The notes beneath the pieces are model-generated. The model made no database searches. It was not told where the DNA came from and saw only the letters and a list, made by a program, of their open reading frames with translations. From Candidatus Omnitrophota bacterium (GTDB taxonomy: Bacteria; Omnitrophota; Gorgyraeia; Zapsychrales; Fredricksoniimonadaceae): a DNA stretch of 64,000 bases. The position numbers were made by a program, and so were the translations under genes. Below, piece by piece: positions 35,931 to 45,683 of this stretch; position 1 is the first letter of the stretch; each line of letters begins with the position of its first letter. The stretch covers positions 408,991 through 472,990 of the forward strand of contig JBGAJA010000002.1 of the NCBI GenBank assembly GCA_044225175.1, in the 5' to 3' direction.

Positions 35931-36854
35931 ATGAAGAAGTATGTAGTTGGCGTGGATGTTGGCGGTACCAATATCAAGTTGGGTTTAGTGCATCCGCAGG
36001 GACATGTGATTGCCCGAAGCCATTTCTCCACAAGGCCTTTTACCTCTTCTAAAATGCAATTGATTGAAGGACTCTCCAGTGAAATTAAGAAAATTATTGA
36101 ACAACAGAATCTTAAGTTTAACCAAATTGCTGGGGTTGGCATTGGTCTTCCTGGTCTTATCGATTATTCCAAAGGAATAGTCACTTTTTTACCCAATATT
36201 CCAGGCTGGAAAAATGTTCCTTTAAAATCTATTTTAGAAAAAAAACTAAACTTGCCTGTTTTTATTGATAATGATGTTAAGTTAATTACATTAGCAGAGT
36301 GGAAATTAGGTGCTGGAAAAGGTATCCAAAACCTGATCTGTTTAACGTTAGGAACGGGCGTAGGCAGCGGTTTGATCTTAAATAACCAACTTTATCGGGG
36401 CATTCTTAATGCTGCGGGAGAGTTAGGCCACATGCCTCTTACTCAAGAAAAACGTCCATGCAATTGTGGTGGATATGGTTGTTTTGAGACATATGTAGGC
36501 CATCATCGTTTAGCCATATTAGCTAATCACATCATGAGGAAAAATGAAATGACTATCCCAAAGATGTTTGCTTTAGCAAATGAGGGGAATATTAAAGCAT
36601 TACGTTTCTGGAAAGAGGCTGGCACGCTTATAGGTAATGGTCTAGTAGGAGTAGTTAATTTATTGAATCCTGAACTTATTATTATTGGCGGAGGAATTGC
36701 TAATAATGAGAAATACTTATTTCCAACAATCAGAGAAGTCATTAAACATAGAGCCATGACATTACAGGGATCTATGGTCAAAATCAAAAGAGTAAAATTT
36801 GGGGATGATGCTGGTATTATCGGCGCCTACGTTTTAGTTGCTAATGCAAAATAA
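35931..36854 (+). CDS. ROK family sugar kinase (glucokinase-like)
   Basis: DVGGTN, LGTGVG, GELGH and CNCGGYGCFE. Confidence 0.9.
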   Translation: MKKYVVGVDVGGTNIKLGLVHPQGHVIARSHFSTRPFTSSKMQLIEGLSSEIKKIIEQQNLKFNQIAGVGIGLPGLIDYSKGIVTFLPNIPGWKNVPLKSILEKKLNLPVFIDNDVKLITLAEWKLGAGKGIQNLICLTLGTGVGSGLILNNQLYRGILNAAGELGHMPLTQEKRPCNCGGYGCFETYVGHHRLAILANHIMRKNEMTIPKMFALANEGNIKALRFWKEAGTLIGNGLVGVVNLLNPELIIIGGGIANNEKYLFPTIREVIKHRAMTLQGSMVKIKRVKFGDDAGIIGAYVLVANAK

Positions 36855-39054
36855 ATATAAAATCTTTATTTGTATATTCTGTACTGTCTTTGTTTGCGGC
36901 AGTTTCTTTTTAATTTATTCTCCTTCCCTAGCGTCCATTAATCCATTTAGTGGTATGAGCACGAGCACAATCAATACTAAAGACATTAAACAGGTCCAGC
37001 TTGAAGCTGATCAGGTGCAATTTTCTAAAGATAACGGTAAAGCCAATGCTAAAGGAAACGTTGTTGTCACCTCCAATGACACCATTCTTTATGCTGACCA
37101 AATGGAACTTGCTAAAGCCGTAGGAGAGGGGATTGCCAGCGGACATGTGTTTATTGATTCTCCCAATATGAAGGTGGATGCGGATTCCGTTAAGTTTAAT
37201 TTTAATAATTCTACCGGCGAGTTTCAAAATGCCAGAGTATTTAATGATCCTTTTCAAATCAAAGGGGCCATCATAACAAAAGTCTCAGAGAACCATATGA
37301 TCATGCAAAATGGGTATTTGACTACGTGTGACCATGATCAACCTCATTTTCGCATGTCTACGCGTCGAATGGATTATTATCCTGGAGATCAAGTTGTTGC
37401 TCGTGGAGTGAAGTTGTATTTAGGCAATCTTCCTCTGATCTATCTACCCAAATTTTCTCAAGATTTAAAAGATCGTCCTATTTTTACAGTCATACCTGGT
37501 TATAAAAAAGATTTTGGTGCATTTTTGTTAGGTACCCTGAGATTAAAGTTGTCAGATAATGTTAAATTAGTTGTCCATACTGATTTTCGTGAACGCTTAG
37601 GGTTGGGAGAAGGTTTTGATTTGAAATATAAGACCCCACAATTTGGGTCAGGCCTTTTGAGGACCTATTACACGCATGAACGAGAAATTGCCTCTAAACA
37701 TTTATGGAATATGGAGAATTCAGACGGTACAAAAAAAGGACCTACCATTCGACATGAGCTTTATCGCATTCAATGGCGTCATTTCTGGCAGATTGATAAA
37801 GATACGAATGCCATTTGGCAGTATTACAAAGTTCATGACTATAACTTAGCAAACATGGGATTCATTAAGCGATATTTCGAAAAAGAATATCGTAGAGGTC
37901 CGGATGTGAACACCTACTTCTTATTGACCAGAAACTTACCTGAAGGAAGTTTGTCTTACCGTATCGACGTAAGCCGTATTAACCCAGCTATCCGTACGGT
38001 GGAACGCTTGCCAGAAATTCAATATCAACTCAGTGGAAAAAAGCTAGGAGACTCTAACTTCTATCTTAAATCAATTGAGACTTTCTCTAATCTTCAAAAT
38101 ATGCCTGGTAATGTAGGTCCTCATATGAAAACGATGCGCCTGGACGTAGATAATGAGATTTCTTATCCTATGAAGATATCTTTTATTGAATTTAGACCTT
38201 TTGCTGGCGGAGAACATACATACTATAGCCGCACGAACAATACTAATTTCAATAACATTATTCGAGGACAATTCAAAACAGGTTCAGATATAACCACTCA
38301 CTTCTATCGCATGTGGAATTATCGTAATAGTAATTTTTTTGGTACAGAGATTAATGGTTTGCGTCATGTCGTTACTCCGACTGTGACATATTCCTATTCC
38401 CATCGCCCAACGTTAAGTAACTCTTACCTGAATCAATTTGATAGCATTGATTCAAGGGGACTAATCAATAATGTCCATTTTTCTGTAGAAAATAAAATAC
38501 AAACAAAAAGAAACAAACAATCCGTAGATTTGTTGCGTGCAATTTTTGAAACAGATTATTCATTGATCAGAAGTGATAAGAACCCTGGCTTTAGGCTGAT
38601 CACCTCAAAGATAGAATTTAATCCAAATGATTGGCTGACTTTTTCTTCGGATAGTATTTATGATAATCATGAGAAACACTGGAATGAGTTTGATTTTGAT
38701 GCGTACATTCATAAAAGCGATAAATGGGCCTTTGGATTAGGGAAGCGTTATGCGAGAGATCAAGATGATCAATTAACTACGCAATGGAAATATAAGATCA
38801 ATCCTAAGTGGAAATTTACTCTTGATGATAGGTTCTTATTAAATACAGGAGAGCTCAAGGAAGAAAATTATATTTTTACCCGGGATCTGCATGAATGGGA
38901 AATGGATCTCCAGTATCATCAAGAAAGAGGTAATGGTGTAGGATTCTTTATCATCTTTAGACTAAAAGCTTTTCCTGATATGGCCCTTGATTTGTTCTCA
39001 AGCACTTTCAATGCGCCTAAGGCAGGATCTCAAAATTCAACTAGCAGCAAATAA
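36844..39054 (+). CDS. lptD: LPS assembly outer-membrane protein LptD-like
   Basis: OstA-like N-terminus (LEAD, AKGNV, LYAD, LTTCD..PHF) and a long aromatic-rich beta-barrel region. Confidence 0.75.
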   Translation: MQNKYKIFICIFCTVFVCGSFFLIYSPSLASINPFSGMSTSTINTKDIKQVQLEADQVQFSKDNGKANAKGNVVVTSNDTILYADQMELAKAVGEGIASGHVFIDSPNMKVDADSVKFNFNNSTGEFQNARVFNDPFQIKGAIITKVSENHMIMQNGYLTTCDHDQPHFRMSTRRMDYYPGDQVVARGVKLYLGNLPLIYLPKFSQDLKDRPIFTVIPGYKKDFGAFLLGTLRLKLSDNVKLVVHTDFRERLGLGEGFDLKYKTPQFGSGLLRTYYTHEREIASKHLWNMENSDGTKKGPTIRHELYRIQWRHFWQIDKDTNAIWQYYKVHDYNLANMGFIKRYFEKEYRRGPDVNTYFLLTRNLPEGSLSYRIDVSRINPAIRTVERLPEIQYQLSGKKLGDSNFYLKSIETFSNLQNMPGNVGPHMKTMRLDVDNEISYPMKISFIEFRPFAGGEHTYYSRTNNTNFNNIIRGQFKTGSDITTHFYRMWNYRNSNFFGTEINGLRHVVTPTVTYSYSHRPTLSNSYLNQFDSIDSRGLINNVHFSVENKIQTKRNKQSVDLLRAIFETDYSLIRSDKNPGFRLITSKIEFNPNDWLTFSSDSIYDNHEKHWNEFDFDAYIHKSDKWAFGLGKRYARDQDDQLTTQWKYKINPKWKFTLDDRFLLNTGELKEENYIFTRDLHEWEMDLQYHQERGNGVGFFIIFRLKAFPDMALDLFSSTFNAPKAGSQNSTSSK

Positions 39055-39064
39055 GGGAGTTCGT

Positions 39065-40387
39065 ATGAATATTGCCATTATCGGTTCTGGATATGTTGGT
39101 CTAGTGACCGGAGTTTGTTTGTCTCACATTGGTCATCATGTAATCTGTGTGGATAATAATCCAGATAAGATCAAAAAGTTAAAAAGAAGTGAGGTTCCTA
39201 TTTATGAACCTGGCCTACAGGAATTAATGCAAAGTTGTATTAAGAAAAAGAGGTTAGTGTTTAGTGGGTCGATTAAAGAAGCCTGTCACAAAGCACAGGT
39301 CATTTTTCTGGCCCTGCCAACTCCACCAAAAGCTAACGGCGATGCGGATTTAACATATATTGAAAACGTATCCCGAGAGATTGCTTTAAATATGGATTCC
39401 TATAAGTTAATTGTAGAGAAATCTACGGTCCCTGCAGAAACAGGAAAGAAAATTCGAAGGACTATTCAATTAAATCTGCCAAAGAAATTTAAAAAAGGTA
39501 CTAAGGTCCTTTTAGATTTTGATGTGGCCTCGAATCCTGAGTTTTTAAAAGAAGGTTCTGCCGTCCACGATTTCATGAACCCTGATCGAGTTGTTTTTGG
39601 TGTGGAAAGTAAGAAGGCTGAAAAGCTCTTGCGAGAGATTTATCAGCCCATTAAAACGAAGATCTTAGTTACTAACACAGCTTCCTCAGAAATGATTAAA
39701 CACGCATCGAATTCATTCTTAGCAACAAAGATTTCTTTCATTAATGCTGTAGCGCAGATTTGTGATCATGTTGGAGCTGATGTCTTAAAAGTAGCTGAGG
39801 GAATGGGTATGGATAAAAGAATTGGCCGACAATTCCTGGATGCAGGAATAGGATATGGTGGAAGCTGTTTTCCAAAGGACGTGGATTCTTTTATTCGTTT
39901 GGCTGAGAAGAATCGTTATGATTTTAGTCTGTTAAAGGAAGTCCGACGTATCAATGACCATCAACGTAAAACGTTTCTTCACTTAGTGGAAGAAAAGCTT
40001 TGGAATGTTAAAGATAAGACCATAGGTGTTCTTGGCCTGGCTTTCAAACCAAACACAGATGATATGAGAAGCGCTGCATCACTAGACATCATTACGATTT
40101 TAAAAGCAGAAGGTGCTAAGATCAAAGCGTATGATCCAAAATCTATGCATAATGCAGCTCAAATGCTTAAAGGTATTAAATTATGTGACGATCCTTATGC
40201 TGTGGCTGAAGATGCTGATGCTCTTTTGATCTTAACAGAGTGGCCTGAGTTTAAAGAATTAGATTTTGTGCAAATCCGTGATTTCATGCGTCAGGCGATC
40301 ATTTTTGATGGCAGAAATATGCTTGATCCAAAGAAATTACGAGGTATAGGGTTTGAATACTTTGGAATTGGAAGAGGACGTATTTGA
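39065..40387 (+). CDS. ugd: UDP-glucose 6-dehydrogenase
   Basis: GSGYVG, KSTVP, NPEFLKEG, GYGGSCFPKD and FKPNTDDMR; start ATG 39065. Confidence 0.9.
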   Translation: MNIAIIGSGYVGLVTGVCLSHIGHHVICVDNNPDKIKKLKRSEVPIYEPGLQELMQSCIKKKRLVFSGSIKEACHKAQVIFLALPTPPKANGDADLTYIENVSREIALNMDSYKLIVEKSTVPAETGKKIRRTIQLNLPKKFKKGTKVLLDFDVASNPEFLKEGSAVHDFMNPDRVVFGVESKKAEKLLREIYQPIKTKILVTNTASSEMIKHASNSFLATKISFINAVAQICDHVGADVLKVAEGMGMDKRIGRQFLDAGIGYGGSCFPKDVDSFIRLAEKNRYDFSLLKEVRRINDHQRKTFLHLVEEKLWNVKDKTIGVLGLAFKPNTDDMRSAASLDIITILKAEGAKIKAYDPKSMHNAAQMLKGIKLCDDPYAVAEDADALLILTEWPEFKELDFVQIRDFMRQAIIFDGRNMLDPKKLRGIGFEYFGIGRGRI

Positions 40388-40391
40388 TTGT

Positions 40392-41687
40392 ATGAAACAT
40401 GTTGATGTGCTTAAAAAGAAAATTATTTCAAAGAATGCCAAGATAGCAGTGATTGGCTTAGGGTACGTTGGACTTCCTTTAGCGATTAGCTTTGCCAAAA
40501 AAGGTTTCCATGTCTTTGGTGTAGACATTAACTTACAGCACATTGAAAGACTTAAAAAAGGTGAAAGCTACATCACGGATGTTAAAAGCACACACTTTGT
40601 CGGTCTTATCAGAAATGGGAAGCTTAATGTATCTTCTGATTTTGAGGCTCTTAATCATTGTGATGTAGTCATCATATGCGTCCCAACACCCATTAAGCGT
40701 AAATATACTCCTGATATTTCTTATATTCTTTCTTCTGTTAAAAGCATTAGCCAGTATCTTCGTTCGGGAATGTTGGTTGTTCTTGAAAGCACAACATATC
40801 CTGGGACCACAGAAGAGCTCATTAAACCTCAGTTAGAGAAAAAAGGCCTTAAAGCGGGACGTGATTTTTGTTTGGCGTTCTCTCCAGAACGTATTGATCC
40901 TGGTAATAAAAGTTTTGATGTGACTCATATCCCTAAGGTAGTTGGAGGTTTAACTCAACAATGCTGCGATCTGACGGTCTTACTCTATAGTTCCATTATT
41001 AAGAAAATTCATCCTGTTTCTTCACCTAAAGCGGCAGAAATGACGAAGTTATTAGAGAACTCTTTTCGTATTGTTAACATTGGCTGGATCAATGAAATAG
41101 CTCAGGCTTGTCACAAGATGGGAATTGATGTTTGGGAAGTCATCGATGCTGCTAAAACAAAACCATTTGGTTTTATGCCCTTTTATCCTGGGCTTGGGGT
41201 GGGTGGGCACTGTATTCCAGAAGATCCTTTATATCTCTATTGGAAAGCTAAGCGATATGGTTTTAATTCCAAATTTATTAAATTAGCAGCCGACACAAAC
41301 AGCCACATGCCCCATTATATTGTTCATCGATTGGAGGAATTCTTATCGAAGAGTATCTCTAAATCAAAGATTTTAATATTAGGTGTAACGTATAAAAAAG
41401 ATGTGAAAGATTTAAGAAAGTCTCCATCTGTTAAACTGATAGACCTTCTTAAACAACAAGCAACGGTAGATTATTATGATCCTTTGGTGCCTTTCTTAAA
41501 GATTGGTCCAATTGATATGAAAAGGGTTTCTTTAGATGCAAGTACCCTTAAGAAATATGATTGTGTTGTGCTAGCAGTGGACCATAGCCATGTGGATTAT
41601 CAATTGATTTATAAGAATTCAAAACGAATATTTGATGTCAAAAATGTATATAAGAACCAGAAAGATTCGAAGATAGAAAGGTTATAA
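40392..41687 (+). CDS. UDP-N-acetylhexosamine 6-dehydrogenase (WbpA/WecC family)
   Basis: GLGYVGLP, ESTTYPGTT, SPERIDPG and GGHCIP. Confidence 0.88.
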   Translation: MKHVDVLKKKIISKNAKIAVIGLGYVGLPLAISFAKKGFHVFGVDINLQHIERLKKGESYITDVKSTHFVGLIRNGKLNVSSDFEALNHCDVVIICVPTPIKRKYTPDISYILSSVKSISQYLRSGMLVVLESTTYPGTTEELIKPQLEKKGLKAGRDFCLAFSPERIDPGNKSFDVTHIPKVVGGLTQQCCDLTVLLYSSIIKKIHPVSSPKAAEMTKLLENSFRIVNIGWINEIAQACHKMGIDVWEVIDAAKTKPFGFMPFYPGLGVGGHCIPEDPLYLYWKAKRYGFNSKFIKLAADTNSHMPHYIVHRLEEFLSKSISKSKILILGVTYKKDVKDLRKSPSVKLIDLLKQQATVDYYDPLVPFLKIGPIDMKRVSLDASTLKKYDCVVLAVDHSHVDYQLIYKNSKRIFDVKNVYKNQKDSKIERL

Positions 41688-42629
41688 ATGGCCGTATCTA
41701 AAACTGTTTTAGTCATTGGAGGAGCAGGTTTTATTGGAAGTCATCTGTGTGACTGGTTTATTCAAAGAAATTACAAAGTCATTGCTCTGGATAATCTCAT
41801 CACAGGTTCCAAGAGTAATATTTCTCATTTAATGAAGAATAAAAAATTCAAATTCATTAAACATGATATTACTAAACCTATTAAGATTGCAGGACAGATT
41901 CACTATGTTCTTAATTTTGCTTCACCCGCGTCTCCCATTGATTATTTAGAGCTGCCTATTCAAACGATGAAAGTAGGCTCGCTTGGGACTCATAATGCTT
42001 TAGGAATTGCTAAAGCTAAGAAAGCTGTTTTTTTTATGGCTTCTACATCAGAAGTGTATGGAGATCCATTGGAACATCCTCAGAAAGAGACATATTGGGG
42101 AAACGTTAATCCTATTGGTCCGCGGGGAGTTTACGATGAGGCCAAGCGTTTTTCAGAAGCTTTGACTCTGGCTTACAAAAATGTACATAAACTTGATGTA
42201 AAAATTATCCGAATTTTTAATACATACGGCCCACGCATGCGTCTTAAAGATGGCCGTGTTGTTCCAAACTTTATCGATCAGATCTTACATGGTAAGCCAT
42301 TGACGATTTATGGGGATGGCAAACAAACAAGATCGTTCTGCTATGTAGATGACTTAGTGGATGGAATTACAAAACTTTTATTCTCAAAATTAACAGGTCC
42401 AGTCAATATGGGCAATCCCAGAGAGTTTACGATTGGAGAATTTGCTGATTTAGTCATGAAGACATATGGAAGTAAATCCAAGCTTATATATGAGCCTCTT
42501 CCTAAAGATGATCCCAAGCAGAGAAAGCCGGATATCACATTGGCACGCAAGGAATTAGGCTGGGAACCCAAGATTCCTTTAGAAGAAGGTCTGAGATCAA
42601 CCATGGAATGGTTTAGGAGCCAAAGGTAA
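41688..42629 (+). CDS. UDP-glucuronate decarboxylase (UDP-xylose synthase family)
   Basis: [30 protein letters not shown] and DDPKQR. Confidence 0.9.
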   Translation: MAVSKTVLVIGGAGFIGSHLCDWFIQRNYKVIALDNLITGSKSNISHLMKNKKFKFIKHDITKPIKIAGQIHYVLNFASPASPIDYLELPIQTMKVGSLGTHNALGIAKAKKAVFFMASTSEVYGDPLEHPQKETYWGNVNPIGPRGVYDEAKRFSEALTLAYKNVHKLDVKIIRIFNTYGPRMRLKDGRVVPNFIDQILHGKPLTIYGDGKQTRSFCYVDDLVDGITKLLFSKLTGPVNMGNPREFTIGEFADLVMKTYGSKSKLIYEPLPKDDPKQRKPDITLARKELGWEPKIPLEEGLRSTMEWFRSQR

Positions 42630-42633
42630 AGAT

Positions 42634-43245
42634 ATGATGACAAAAGAAGATATAGTAGCCTTCGAAAAAGAAATTGCAGATGTTTTTGCAACTGGGGTCA
42701 TTCGAGCTCCTGTTCATCTGCGAGCTGGTCGGGAAGACCAGTTGATTAAGATTTTTCAGGACCACAACATAGGTGATGACGATTACATCTTTGGCTTCTG
42801 GGATTCTCATGAGCTGGCCCTTCTAAAAGGAGTTCCTCGGGAAGAATTGAAACAAGCGATTATTGATGGAAAAAGTATTGCGCTTTGTTTTCCCAAATAT
42901 AAGGTCCTTTGTTCAGGGATCGTTGGATCATTAATGGGAACTGCAGCAGGGGTGGCATGGTCTTTAAAGAACCAAAATAAAAAAGGTCATGTGTATCTTT
43001 TTTGTGGAGACATGTCTGCAGAGACAGGTATTTTTCATGAGGCTGTCAAATATGTATATAACTTTGATTTGCCAGCTACTTTTGTGGTCTGTGACAATGG
43101 GGTGAGTGTTATGACGAATACTCGGGAAACTTGGGGGGCGCCTGAACCATGGTTTACAGGGACTAAATATGAGAAGAAAATTATCTATTTTAAATATACT
43201 AATGGGTACCCACATTCGGGACTCGGAAAACTGATTAAATTCTAA
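42634..43245 (+). CDS. Short TPP-dependent dehydrogenase E1 alpha-like subunit
   Basis: IRAPVHL, SGIVG and TPP-binding-like GDM...DN motif. Confidence 0.75.
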   Translation: MMTKEDIVAFEKEIADVFATGVIRAPVHLRAGREDQLIKIFQDHNIGDDDYIFGFWDSHELALLKGVPREELKQAIIDGKSIALCFPKYKVLCSGIVGSLMGTAAGVAWSLKNQNKKGHVYLFCGDMSAETGIFHEAVKYVYNFDLPATFVVCDNGVSVMTNTRETWGAPEPWFTGTKYEKKIIYFKYTNGYPHSGLGKLIKF

Positions 43246-43247
43246 CT

Positions 43248-43823
43248 ATGACAACTACAGCCCAATTAAAATACTTCGATGAATTAAAACGTACTATGGA
43301 ATGGTTGGCCCAGCAGCCAAAGGTTATGTTTGTCGGACAAACAGTCGCTGGTCCTGGAACATTTATGTTTCAAACCTTACGAGATTGCCCTAAAGATAGG
43401 GCCCTTGAAATGCCAATCAATGAAAGTTTTCAAATGCAGTTTACAATTGGCATGGCCCTGGCGGGATATATTCCTGTATCTGTTTATCCTAGACAGAATT
43501 TTCTGTTATTAGCGACGGGAGATATGGCCAACATGCTGGATAAAATCCCTGATATCAGTGAAGGCAAATGGCCCCTTAAAGTGATCATTAGAGTAGCCAT
43601 TGGTCCTGATTTTCCCGTTCATCCAGGGCATCAACACATTGGAAATTTTGCCCAGGCGTTCAAGAAGTTATTTGACCATATTGAGGTCGTTGAACTCAAT
43701 CGTGCAGAAGATATTTTTCCAGCTTATAAGAATGCTTTGGAACGCACGGATGGAAAAGCAACGTTAATCATTGAGCATGGTAATTATTACAACGAAGAAT
43801 ATTATGCTAAGCATGCAGCGTAA
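43248..43823 (+). CDS. Short TPP-dependent E1 beta/transketolase pyrimidine-binding subunit
   Basis: EMPINE, GMALAG..P and PGHQH; no transketolase C-terminal domain. Confidence 0.75.
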   Translation: MTTTAQLKYFDELKRTMEWLAQQPKVMFVGQTVAGPGTFMFQTLRDCPKDRALEMPINESFQMQFTIGMALAGYIPVSVYPRQNFLLLATGDMANMLDKIPDISEGKWPLKVIIRVAIGPDFPVHPGHQHIGNFAQAFKKLFDHIEVVELNRAEDIFPAYKNALERTDGKATLIIEHGNYYNEEYYAKHAA

Positions 43824-44739
43824 CAGCCGTATTTTTATTGTTGGCCATCAGGATAGTTTAGAAAATTCTCTTTGGAATTATTTCTCATCTAAAGGCTTTT
43901 CTCACGTTTACACAAATAGTCGTAATCGTTTGGATGTTGTTTCTCAGGCAAAAGTAGAGAAGTTTTTTAAAGACGTGTGTCCTGAGTATGTTTTTTTAGG
44001 TTCAGTACGATCTGGTGGTATTGTGGCCAATCAAAAGCATGCTGCAGAATTCATTTATGAGAATCTTCAATCTCAGAGCAATGTTATTCATAGTGCCTAT
44101 AAAGCAGGCGTAAAGAAATTTGTTTTCTTTGGTGCCTCCTGTGCATATCCCAAAGAAGCTAAGCAGCCAATCAAAGAAGATTCACTTTTAACAGGGTTAA
44201 TGGAAGAAACGAGTGAACCTTATTCAGTTGCTAAATTAGCTGGAATCAAAATGTGTCAGACTTATCGCAAACAGTATGGGTTAGATGCCATGGTGATAGT
44301 TCCGGCCACTCTTTATGGCCCAGGAAGCGATACCAATCTTGAAACAGCTCATGTCATGGGAGCTCTGATGGCCAAATTTCATAAGGCAGTCAGTGAGAAT
44401 CAAAAAGAAGTGCAAGTGTGGGGCACAGGTAAGGCACGACGAGAATTCTTATATGTTGATGATTTTGTGAATGGCGTTCTTTTTTTGATGAAGAATTATA
44501 AGGGTGATGAAATTATTAATTTGGGTGTTGGATCAGATATCACCATTTCTCAGTTAGCTCACCTTATGTCCAAAATGACAGCATTTAAGGGTAAGATTAT
44601 TTTCGATCGAACTAAGCCTGATGGCACTATGCGTAAACTATTGAACAGTAATCGTGTTCGCAATTTAGGATGGAAGCCCAAGGTTGATTTGGAAATAGGG
44701 ATTCGTAAGACATATCAATGGTATAAAAATTTATCATAA
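43813..44739 (+). CDS. GDP-L-fucose synthase-like epimerase/reductase (Fcl/ColC family), degenerate Rossmann motif
   Basis: GGIVAN, SCAYPK, PYSVAK, VWGTG..RREF and KPDG; start ATG 43813. Confidence 0.8.
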   Translation: MQRNSRIFIVGHQDSLENSLWNYFSSKGFSHVYTNSRNRLDVVSQAKVEKFFKDVCPEYVFLGSVRSGGIVANQKHAAEFIYENLQSQSNVIHSAYKAGVKKFVFFGASCAYPKEAKQPIKEDSLLTGLMEETSEPYSVAKLAGIKMCQTYRKQYGLDAMVIVPATLYGPGSDTNLETAHVMGALMAKFHKAVSENQKEVQVWGTGKARREFLYVDDFVNGVLFLMKNYKGDEIINLGVGSDITISQLAHLMSKMTAFKGKIIFDRTKPDGTMRKLLNSNRVRNLGWKPKVDLEIGIRKTYQWYKNLS

Positions 44740-44750
44740 GAAAGGAATGT

Positions 44751-45683
44751 ATGAAAATTTTAGTCACCGGCGCCGCAGGTTATATCGGCTCAATTTTTGT
44801 TCCACGTTTATTGCAAGAAGGACATGAAGTCATCGCTTTAGATAATTTTATGTATAATCAAAGTTCGCTGTTAGATGTTTGTTATCATGATAAATTGACT
44901 GTTGTCCGAGGAGATACGCGTGATAAACAGGTGATGACGAAATTGATGAAGGACGCTGATGCGATCTTTCCCTTAGCGTGTTTAACGGGTGCTCCTTTAT
45001 GTGCGAAAGATCCAGTAGGTGCCCAAACTATTCTTTTGGATGCCGTTAATATGATCATTCAATTACGTAGTAAAGACCAAAGGATTATTTTCCCAACAAC
45101 GAATAGTGGTTATGGCGTTGGAGAGAAGGGCAAACATTGCACAGAAGAAACAACGCTTCGTCCAATTTCTTTGTATGGAAAACTAAAGGTTGATGCTGAG
45201 AATGCTATTTTGGATGCTGGAAACTCGATCACATTTCGTTTAGCTACCGCTTTTGGTGTAGCTCCTAGAATGCGTTTGGATTTATTGGTCAATGATTTCG
45301 TTTATCGAGCAGTATATGATCGATTTGTGGTTCTATTTGAAGCCCATTTCAATAGAAATTTTATTCATGTTCGTGATATCTCAAAAGCTTTCATCCATGG
45401 ATTGAATAATTTTGATAAAATGAAGAACCAGCCATATAACGTTGGACTGAGTGATGCGAATTTGACAAAATTACAGCTATGTCAGGAAATAAAGAAATTC
45501 GTCCCTGATTTTTATTTTGTGGAAGCAACCATTGGCGAAGATCCGGATAAACGGGATTACATTGTTAGTAATGAAAAGATTGAGAAAACAGGGTTCAAGC
45601 CTGATGTGAGTCTCCAAAAAGGAATTCAAGAGTTAATCAAGGCTTATCAAGTTATCAAGAGAAATCAATATGCCAATATCTAA
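44751..45683 (+). CDS. NAD-dependent sugar-nucleotide epimerase/dehydratase
   Basis: TGAAGYIG, YGKLK, RLATAFG and MRLDLLVN. Confidence 0.85.
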   Translation: MKILVTGAAGYIGSIFVPRLLQEGHEVIALDNFMYNQSSLLDVCYHDKLTVVRGDTRDKQVMTKLMKDADAIFPLACLTGAPLCAKDPVGAQTILLDAVNMIIQLRSKDQRIIFPTTNSGYGVGEKGKHCTEETTLRPISLYGKLKVDAENAILDAGNSITFRLATAFGVAPRMRLDLLVNDFVYRAVYDRFVVLFEAHFNRNFIHVRDISKAFIHGLNNFDKMKNQPYNVGLSDANLTKLQLCQEIKKFVPDFYFVEATIGEDPDKRDYIVSNEKIEKTGFKPDVSLQKGIQELIKAYQVIKRNQYANI

